Position numbers and translations under genes: made by a program | Assembly (NCBI GenBank): GCA_902588835.1 | Contig: CACIQQ010000005.1 | Span: forward strand, 8,708-72,707 | Direction: 5' to 3' | Length of the DNA stretch: 64,000 bases | DNA from: an uncultured Pelagibacteraceae bacterium | GTDB lineage: Bacteria > Pseudomonadota > Alphaproteobacteria > Pelagibacterales > Pelagibacteraceae | The notes under the pieces: generated by a model | Database searches by the model: none | What the model was told of the DNA's origin: nothing | What the model saw: the letters and a program-made list of their open reading frames with translations, nothing else | Shown here: positions 57,245-64,000 of the stretch, piece by piece | Layout of the letters: the number at the start of each line of letters is the position of its first letter | Numbering within the stretch: the stretch's first letter is position 1

Positions 57245-57413
57245 CAAACTTTCCTTATTATTAGAAATGTCTCCTAAGTTGTAATATTGTCTTAATCACA
57301 TTTTTAGGTTGAATTATTGATTTAAAACCCAAAAAGCACAACAAAGTGCTATTTAAAAAATTTTTTAATTGGATTTTTAAGGCGTATTCAGTACTTTTCT
57401 TTTAAAGGCATTT

Positions 57414-57968
57414 ATGAATATTCTACTAATAATTGCTGCAATTTTTATAGCCACTGAAACTATAAACCCTGAAGTTAATGAAGGGAAAGAAATTCAAAAA
57501 AAGGAAGTAGTTGCAGAAACAGTAGAAACTAAAACATCTGAGGAAATAATTTCTGAGTTAGAAGCAGCGGCAGAAGCTAAAGCAGCAGCAGAAGCAAAAG
57601 CAGCGGCAGAAGCAGAAGCTAAAGCAGCAGTAGCAGAAGCTGAAGCAGCGGCAGAAGCAGAAGCTAAAGCAGCGGCAAAAGAAATAAATTACTTAAAGAT
57701 AGCTTTATACATAGTCCTTCTATTAGCTGCTTTGTCAGGTGTATTACTTTATTTTAGGAAACGAGATAAGACACTATTGGAAAGTAAAACTGTTCCACCT
57801 GAAAGAAAAGAAGAACAACCGGTTAAAGAGGATATTCATCCTGAAACTAAAGAGGTACAACCTATTAAACAGGAAGTTCAACCTGAAATTAAAGAAGAAC
57901 AGCCAATGGATGACACTAATAAAGAACCAACGAATTTCGAAGATACAAACGAGGAAGAAAAAAAATAA
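57414..57968 (+). CDS. Hypothetical single-pass membrane protein with Ala/Glu/Lys helical repeat and acidic repeat tail
   Basis: Short hydrophobic N-terminus, EAAAEAK repeats, TM helix followed by RKR, then KEEQP repeats. I recognise no family. Confidence 0.7.
   Translation: MNILLIIAAIFIATETINPEVNEGKEIQKKEVVAETVETKTSEEIISELEAAAEAKAAAEAKAAAEAEAKAAVAEAEAAAEAEAKAAAKEINYLKIALYIVLLLAALSGVLLYFRKRDKTLLESKTVPPERKEEQPVKEDIHPETKEVQPIKQEVQPEIKEEQPMDDTNKEPTNFEDTNEEEKK
57561..57683 (+). repeat. Imperfect coding tandem repeat (GAAGCAGCGGCAGAAGCTAAA-like) encoding an EAAAEAK helix
   Basis: Visible reiteration of gcagcggcagaagc; locally GC-richer than the flanks. Confidence 0.85.
57807..57908 (+). repeat. 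About 2.4 copies of a 42-nt coding repeat
   Basis: KEEQPVKEDIHPET / KEVQPIKQEVQPEI / KEEQPM. Confidence 0.75.
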
Positions 57969-57993
57969 AAATCAAATACTTACAAGTATTATT

Positions 57994-58827
57994 TTATACT
58001 TCTAGTTTAAAATCCATAGCAGGAGCACTATGAGTGATGCTTCCAACTGAAATTCTATCAACACCTGTTTTAGCTACAGCATATACGTTTTTTAATGTGA
58101 TATTTCCAGATGCTTCAGTTTCATAATATTTCTTAGCAAGCTTAACACCTAATTTAAGATTTTTGATATTCATATTATCAAAAAGAACTGTATTGAATTT
58201 TAATCCCAAAATTAACTTGAGCTGTTTTAAATTGTCAATCTCTACAGTTATTTTTTTCCCCTTTTTGTTTTTAACTGCCTTTTGGACTAAAAATTTTAAA
58301 TTTGAACTCGCGATATGATTGTCTTTAATTAAATACTCATCACTTAGATTAAATCTATGGTTAGTACCACCACCCAATTTAACTGCATACTTTTGTATTA
58401 CTCTTAAGTTTGGAATCGTTTTACGAGTGCAACAAATCTTACTTTTGCCTTTAACAAATTTAACAAATTTATTAGTGTAACTAGCTATACCTGATATATG
58501 AGTAAGATAATTGAGCGCTACTCTTTCACAAATTAAAATATTTTTTGAATCACCTTTGATCATAGCAATAATTTGGCCTTTTTTAACTTGAGAACCATCT
58601 TTTTTTTTAATTTGAAATTGGATTTTGTTATCAAAGACTTTGAATGTGCTTTTGGTAAATTCTATTCCACCAATTATTCCATCTTGATTTGCGATTATTT
58701 TAAATATTTTGATGCTACTTTTCCCTATAAGATTTGATGTGATATCTCCATCAGGATACAAATCCTCATTTAATGCGAGCTTGACAGAATTATTTATGAA
58801 ACTTTTACTTAAAATTATTTTGGACAC
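57994..58827 (-). CDS. nadC: Quinolinate phosphoribosyltransferase
   Basis: ERVALN, TRKT, HRFNLSD, IKDNH and EASG. Confidence 0.95.
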   Translation of the reverse strand: MSKIILSKSFINNSVKLALNEDLYPDGDITSNLIGKSSIKIFKIIANQDGIIGGIEFTKSTFKVFDNKIQFQIKKKDGSQVKKGQIIAMIKGDSKNILICERVALNYLTHISGIASYTNKFVKFVKGKSKICCTRKTIPNLRVIQKYAVKLGGGTNHRFNLSDEYLIKDNHIASSNLKFLVQKAVKNKKGKKITVEIDNLKQLKLILGLKFNTVLFDNMNIKNLKLGVKLAKKYYETEASGNITLKNVYAVAKTGVDRISVGSITHSAPAMDFKLEV

Positions 58828-58832
58828 AGATA

Positions 58833-59822
58833 CTATCTGCCTATTTCAGCCATTCTCTCTACAGATTTTCTAGCTTTTTCGATTGTTTCATTTGACATTA
58901 AAATTTCGTTAGTCTCATTTTTTAAACAATCCAAAATTTTGGGAAGTGTAATTCTTTTCATATGGGGACAAAGGTTGCATGGTCTTATAAACTTTACATT
59001 TGGATTATCTACTTGGACATTGTCACTCATAGAACACTCCGTTACCATCATGACTTTTTCTGGTTGATTGTCCTTTACATATTTAATCATACCGCTTGTT
59101 GATCCTGTAAAATCACTTGCGTTAATTACATCTGGTGGACACTCAGGATGGGCAATAACTTTTATTCCAGGATTATTTTTTTTAATTTCATTTATTTCTG
59201 TATCGTTAAACTTTTCATGCACTTCACATGTTCCTTTCCATGAGATAATTTCAACATCAGTTTGAGAAGCTACGTATTTTGCAAGGTAATCATCTGGCAA
59301 GAAAATTACTTTCTTGACACCTAATGAATTTACAATTTTAACAGCATTAGCTGAAGTACAACAAACATCCGTTTCTGCCTTTACATCTGCTGATGTATTA
59401 ACATATGAAACGACTGGAACACCTGGATTTTGTTTTTTTAGTTTTCTTACATCCTCACCTGTTATTGATGATGATAATGAGCAACCCGCTCTCATATCTG
59501 GCAATAATACTTTTTTATTAGGGCTCATAAGTTTTGCAGTCTCAGCCATAAAATGTACTCCGCACATAACAATTATATCAGCTTTAGTTTTTGCAGCCTC
59601 GACAGCTAAGGCAAGAGAGTCTGCAGAAAAATCTGATATCCCATGATAGATTTCTGGCGTTTGATAATTATGAGCAAGAATAACCGCATTCTTCTCTTTT
59701 TTAAGTTTGTTTATTTCATAAATATAAGGTGCGTGAGTGGACCATTCAATTTCAGGAATAGTCTTCGAAATTTTTTGATAAATTGGCTGAGTTGCTTTTT
59801 TAATTTCAGGAGTAAATTCCAT
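58833..59822 (-). CDS. nadA: Quinolinate synthase
   Basis: LAHNYQ, CGVHFMAE, AGCSL, YVNTSA, HPEC and CPHMK. Confidence 0.96.
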   Translation of the reverse strand: MEFTPEIKKATQPIYQKISKTIPEIEWSTHAPYIYEINKLKKEKNAVILAHNYQTPEIYHGISDFSADSLALAVEAAKTKADIIVMCGVHFMAETAKLMSPNKKVLLPDMRAGCSLSSSITGEDVRKLKKQNPGVPVVSYVNTSADVKAETDVCCTSANAVKIVNSLGVKKVIFLPDDYLAKYVASQTDVEIISWKGTCEVHEKFNDTEINEIKKNNPGIKVIAHPECPPDVINASDFTGSTSGMIKYVKDNQPEKVMMVTECSMSDNVQVDNPNVKFIRPCNLCPHMKRITLPKILDCLKNETNEILMSNETIEKARKSVERMAEIGR

Positions 59823-59878
59823 AACTCAAATGTATCAACTTGAAAGATAATTGTCATTCAATTAATGTGACGCATAAG

Positions 59879-59964
59879 GCGGCCATGCTGAAATTGGTAG
59901 ACAGGCACGGTTGAGGGCCGTGTGGACCTAGTCCATGAGAGTTCAAATCTCTCTGGCCGCACCA
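59879..59964 (+). tRNA. tRNA-Leu (GAG)
   Basis: GCGGCCA/TGGCCGC acceptor stem, CACGG TT GAG GG CCGTG anticodon arm, long variable arm and ACCA end. Confidence 0.96.
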
Positions 59965-60309
59965 TTATATAGCTTTGTTTTTCTGTCTTAAAAATACGAG
60001 TAATAAACATCCTTTTTTTGAGAAAGAAGAATGTTTAGAACCTGGTTTATAAGAAATAAAATCACCTTTCTTAAAAGTTGTATTATCTTCATCAATTAAC
60101 TCCCCATCCAAAACATAGAACTCTTCATAATTTTGATGCTTATGTTTTAAACTTCTTGCACCAGGCGCCATCTTAAGCAAGTAACTTCCTACACCAGTAT
60201 TTTGATTGTAAGATATTTTATGCCAACTCATACCTAAAATTGGCTTTCCATAACTATTAAAAGCAGTGAATTTTATTTTAGATGGATTTATAATTTTCCT
60301 ATTTTTCAC
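59965..60309 (-). CDS. ChrR-like cupin domain protein
   Basis: PG-x-x-x-x-x-H-x-H...EEFYVLDG...GD...PGS-x-H...GC. GTG at 60309, overlapping the ygfZ stop, preferred as start. Confidence 0.8.
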   Translation of the reverse strand: MKNRKIINPSKIKFTAFNSYGKPILGMSWHKISYNQNTGVGSYLLKMAPGARSLKHKHQNYEEFYVLDGELIDEDNTTFKKGDFISYKPGSKHSSFSKKGCLLLVFLRQKNKAI

Positions 60310-61196
60310 TAATTTAACCAATTAGGTTTTAATATTTCGATATTTGCTTCTCCACACTTAAATTCTTTATTATATTCAAACTCCTTGTCTTTAAATTTTA
60401 TTAAAGCAAAACTAAATTTATTCGCAATTAAAACTTTACCAATTTCTACATTGTTAGATATAATTGAATCATTACTATTTATTGAACCCCTTTTTACTTG
60501 GAGCGGTAATAACCTTTTATTTAATTTATCTTTATTTTTTATACGTGAAGTGTTTTCTTGACCAACATAGCAACCTTTTTTAAAGTCAATTGCATTAAGC
60601 TCAACGAAATTGCATTCTATTCCAAACAATTTTTCTTGTAATTGATCCATATTACTTTGAGGTATACCTAGCTCGAAGCTTAATTTGTAGTATTCATCGA
60701 TGTCAGATGATTTAAGTTTCATTCTTTTAAGAGACATGTAAAGTTTTTCAAGGTTAGCAATAATTCTACCCCCTAATTTTTTATTTCTTGGATCGAGGAG
60801 AATATGATCCTCATTATATTTAAAAGTATATCCCAACTCATCTTTTGCACCATCTATTGATAAGAATTTTTCATGATTAAAAGCAGCTACCACAAATTCG
60901 TTACTAAGATTTAAAATTTCTACCTTTGATTTAAGTTTATACATAGTTAATTTTTTATACAGTTGATCAACTATTCTCTTTTCACAATCTAAGAAGTATC
61001 CATCTTTGTGCTTGACCACTATAAAATCAAACAAAAACTTTCCCTGAGGTGAAAGCAAAGAGGCAAAACAACTTTTACTTTCATTTACTTTTTCAACGTC
61101 ATTTGAGATAAGATTTTGTAAGAATTTTTCAGAGTCTGTCCCATTAATATATAAAATACCTCTGTCTTCTAAAATATAAACTTTTTCTGAATTCAT
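60309..61196 (-). CDS. ygfZ: Folate-binding Fe-S maturation protein YgfZ
   Basis: KGCYVGQE signature and LSPQGK. Confidence 0.92.
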   Translation of the reverse strand: MNSEKVYILEDRGILYINGTDSEKFLQNLISNDVEKVNESKSCFASLLSPQGKFLFDFIVVKHKDGYFLDCEKRIVDQLYKKLTMYKLKSKVEILNLSNEFVVAAFNHEKFLSIDGAKDELGYTFKYNEDHILLDPRNKKLGGRIIANLEKLYMSLKRMKLKSSDIDEYYKLSFELGIPQSNMDQLQEKLFGIECNFVELNAIDFKKGCYVGQENTSRIKNKDKLNKRLLPLQVKRGSINSNDSIISNNVEIGKVLIANKFSFALIKFKDKEFEYNKEFKCGEANIEILKPNWLN

Positions 61197-61239
61197 AATT
61201 GATTAATATAGTGTTATAATATATCTACTTTCAAAAACA

Positions 61240-62544
61240 ATGTTAGATCTAATCATTAAAAACGGAGAATGTTATATTAACGGTAATCTTGAGAAAAAAG
61301 ATATTGGGATATCTGATAACAAAATTGTTGAGATTGGCTTCCTGAAAGATAAATCCAAAGAAACATTTGATGCAAAAGGTTTGACTGTTCTGCCTGGTTG
61401 TATCGACACTCAAGTTCATTTTAGAGAACCAGGGTCTACTGATGCAGAGGATTTAAATTCAGGCAGTAAAGCAGCAGTCATGGGTGGTATAACATCAGTT
61501 TTTGAAATGCCAAATACCAACCCACCTACAACAAATTTTGAAGAATTTGACAAAAAAATTCAAATAGGAAAAGGAATGTTTTGCAATCATGCATTTTATT
61601 TTGGTGCAACAGCTGAAAATTATTCAACACTAGAAAAATTAAAAGATTTAAAAGGGTGTTGTGGGATTAAACTTTTTGCAGGATCTTCCACAGGAAATTT
61701 ATTAGTTGATAAAGAGAAAGATATAGAAAAAGTTTTTGAACATGCATCAAAAGTTGTTGCAGTTCACTCTGAAGATGAGGAAATATTAAAAATAAGGAAA
61801 AAGCTAATTAAAAACGGAGATGTTTCTAGTCATCCAGTTTGGAGAAACGAAGAAGTTGCAATGTCATCTACTAGAAGAATTGTTAAAATTGCAAAAAGAT
61901 TAAATAAAAGAGCACATATTTTACATGTGACCACAAAAGATGAAGTTGATTTTCTTTCTCAAAACAAAGGAAACATTACTTTTGAAATTACACCTCAACA
62001 CTTAACTATTTATGCGCCAGATTGTTACAATAAATTAGGAACATATGCCCAGATGAATCCGCCTATTAGAGATAAATCACATTATGATCGTCTATGGTAT
62101 GCTGTAAGAAATAATTATAACGACACTATAGGCTCAGATCATGCACCTCACTTAAAAACTAACAAAGATAAAAAATATCCTAACTCCCCGTCAGGAATGC
62201 CAGGGGTCCAAACTTTATTACCAGTGATGTTAAATCATGTTAATGAGGGTAAATTAAATTTAAGTCAATTAATGAAACTTATTTGTGAAAATCCAGTTAA
62301 AATATTTGGTATACAAAATAAGGGATATATCAAAAAAGGATATGATGCTGATTTTACTATAGTAGATTTAAACAAAGAAATTGAGATTAAAAACGAAAAT
62401 ATTCAAAGCAAATGTGGATGGTCACCGTTCCATGGTGAAAAATTTAAAGGTTTTGCAATAGCAACAATTGTCAATGGAAAAATTAAAATGAAAAATGGAA
62501 AAATCTTAGGGGAACCTGAGGGAAAACCTTTAGAATTTATTTAA
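61240..62544 (+). CDS. pyrC: Dihydroorotase
   Basis: DTQVHFREPG, EMPNT, MNPPIR and GSDHAPH. Confidence 0.93.
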   Translation: MLDLIIKNGECYINGNLEKKDIGISDNKIVEIGFLKDKSKETFDAKGLTVLPGCIDTQVHFREPGSTDAEDLNSGSKAAVMGGITSVFEMPNTNPPTTNFEEFDKKIQIGKGMFCNHAFYFGATAENYSTLEKLKDLKGCCGIKLFAGSSTGNLLVDKEKDIEKVFEHASKVVAVHSEDEEILKIRKKLIKNGDVSSHPVWRNEEVAMSSTRRIVKIAKRLNKRAHILHVTTKDEVDFLSQNKGNITFEITPQHLTIYAPDCYNKLGTYAQMNPPIRDKSHYDRLWYAVRNNYNDTIGSDHAPHLKTNKDKKYPNSPSGMPGVQTLLPVMLNHVNEGKLNLSQLMKLICENPVKIFGIQNKGYIKKGYDADFTIVDLNKEIEIKNENIQSKCGWSPFHGEKFKGFAIATIVNGKIKMKNGKILGEPEGKPLEFI

Positions 62545-62548
62545 TTTA

Positions 62549-63625
62549 ATGAAAAATAAACTGCAGTCTTTTGAAACCTATAGAGGTTTTGCAGCTTTAA
62601 TGATTGCTGCAGTACATTTTAATGTAAACTCACCATTGTCAAACCATTCTCTTGCAAATGGTCTTTTTGTTCATTTCTTTTTTACTTTAAGTGGTTTCGT
62701 AATGTATTTGAATTATCATAATAAATTAATAGATTTTAGCTCAGTTAAAAACTTCTTAAAAAAAAGATTTTTTCGCTTATATCCATTGCATCTCTTATTT
62801 TTAATTATTTTTTTAATCATTGAAATCAGTAAATACTTTGCACAAATCAAATTTGGTTTGGTAGCAAATAATGAAGCCTTTTCTATAAATAATTTAAAAA
62901 CTTTTTTGGGAAATATTTTTTTGATCCAAACATTTTTTGATTATAATACTTTTAATACTCCAAGTTGGTCAATTTCTGCTGAGTATTATACATATATGGT
63001 ATTTGCTTTAGTTTTCTTTTTTATGAAGAAAAACAACCTTTTAATTTTCATTTCTTTAGTTGGTATTTTGGCATTTAGAATAAATTCTGAAATAGGTTTA
63101 GGTATTGAAAAAACCTATTTATCATTTTTAGATTGTGTTTACTGTTTTTTTATTGGGGTTTTTAGTTGTAAAATATATTTTAAATACTCAAATCTTGAAA
63201 TATTTCAAAAATATTATTCGTTAATTACTTTAATACTATTAGTTGTTTCTGGTTTACTTATTATAAATATAGGTGGTAAATTAAGCTTCATAATACCTTT
63301 GTTCTTTGGTCTATTATTAATTTTTTCAGCAAATTTAAAAAATGAGAGTATTTTAGGTAAAATAATATGTAACAAATTTTTTGTTTATTTGGGTAGCATA
63401 AGTTACTCAATATATATGTGTCATTTATTTGTTTTTTGGAGTTTAACGCAGTTTTTAAGATTTGTAATAAAACTAGAGACAATTGTGGATGATAATGGAA
63501 TTACTAAACTTGACTTGAGCATATTAGAGGCAAATATTATGGTAGTAACTTCTTATATATTAACAATAATATTATCTCATTTACTATATAATTATTTCGA
63601 AAAACTTTTTTATAAACCTAGTTGA
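62549..63625 (+). CDS. Acyltransferase family 3 (OafA-like)
   Basis: RGFAAL...H, FFFTLSGF, KRFFRLYP, WSIS-x-E, LGSISYSIYMCH and YFEK. Confidence 0.9.
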   Translation: MKNKLQSFETYRGFAALMIAAVHFNVNSPLSNHSLANGLFVHFFFTLSGFVMYLNYHNKLIDFSSVKNFLKKRFFRLYPLHLLFLIIFLIIEISKYFAQIKFGLVANNEAFSINNLKTFLGNIFLIQTFFDYNTFNTPSWSISAEYYTYMVFALVFFFMKKNNLLIFISLVGILAFRINSEIGLGIEKTYLSFLDCVYCFFIGVFSCKIYFKYSNLEIFQKYYSLITLILLVVSGLLIINIGGKLSFIIPLFFGLLLIFSANLKNESILGKIICNKFFVYLGSISYSIYMCHLFVFWSLTQFLRFVIKLETIVDDNGITKLDLSILEANIMVVTSYILTIILSHLLYNYFEKLFYKPS

Positions 63626-64000
63626 TATTGTTAAATTCAACAACTTTGCTAATAATTTTTTTTATATCTGAGCCTTTCATAGTTGGGTAAAAAGGCAATC
63701 TTACAAGGCCATTATATACTTTTTCTGTATTTACCATTCCAGTTCGTTTAAATTTTTTACCAAAAGAAGATTTATGTAATGGAAAGTAATGGAAATAACA
63801 AAAAATTCTTTTTTTTTTCATATATAAAATAAATTTATCTCTTATTTTCAAACTTTTAAAAATTAATGCAAAAACATGATAAGCACTCTTATTTTTTTTA
63901 TCAAATTTAAGTATTTTGAATATTTCTGAATTTATTTTTTCTAATCTTTGAAAATAAAAATTCCATATTTTTTTTCTCAAATTTTGAATTTTATCCAATT
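63618..64000 (-). CDS. C-terminal part of a DegT/DnrJ sugar aminotransferase (WecE/RffA-like); truncated by the window edge
   Basis: AYHVF, FHYFPLHKS and LVRLPFY. Confidence 0.82.
   Translation of the reverse strand, partial: LDKIQNLRKKIWNFYFQRLEKINSEIFKILKFDKKNKSAYHVFALIFKSLKIRDKFILYMKKKRIFCYFHYFPLHKSSFGKKFKRTGMVNTEKVYNGLVRLPFYPTMKGSDIKKIISKVVEFNNIN

Noticed and set aside
57561-57908. Repeats as a CRISPR array
   Set aside because: They are in-frame coding repeats without unique spacers, and there are no cas genes.
57739-58005. 88-aa alternate-frame ORF over the repeat protein
   Set aside because: A by-product of A-rich repeats in another frame; no start context or recognisable domain.
42433-59964. 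tRNA-Arg and tRNA-Leu as prophage or island integration sites
   Set aside because: No integrase, no duplicated tRNA 3' end, and flanking genes look like core genes.

Overview
Very AT-rich, extremely gene-dense alphaproteobacterial chromosome segment. Gene order and protein sequences point to a Pelagibacterales (SAR11) genome; this is inferred from recognition, not from a database search. Most of the window is core housekeeping: carAB, dnaG-rpoD, pntAB, tkt-gap-pgk-fba, tol-pal, ftsH, purA, rpoH, dxs, aroC, glyQS, ppdK, nadAC and pyrC. It also holds a stand-alone 5S rRNA, three tRNAs (fMet-CAT, Arg-TCG, Leu-GAG) and three small genes missed by the ORF track (rpmJ, aa3 oxidase subunit IV, rpsU). 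Two glycosylation patches look accessory: about 6.3-12.6 kb between rpoD and the 5S gene, and one starting after pyrC at the right edge. I saw no integrase, transposase, prophage or CRISPR array. The most notable signals are architectural: (i) rpsU has a strong Shine-Dalgarno but only a non-canonical ATT start, and runs straight into initiator tRNA; (ii) all three tRNA CCA ends abut convergent stop codons within 0-2 nt; (iii) the 5S gene appears to have its own promoter and to lead an rpmJ-ctaH-pnt transcript; (iv) GAPDH carries NADP-type signature residues; (v) a phage/MOC1-type RuvC sits where ruvCAB is expected; (vi) clean losses at conserved loci (6S RNA, nadB, ruvAB). I cannot show that any of these is undescribed; each needs the checks listed.
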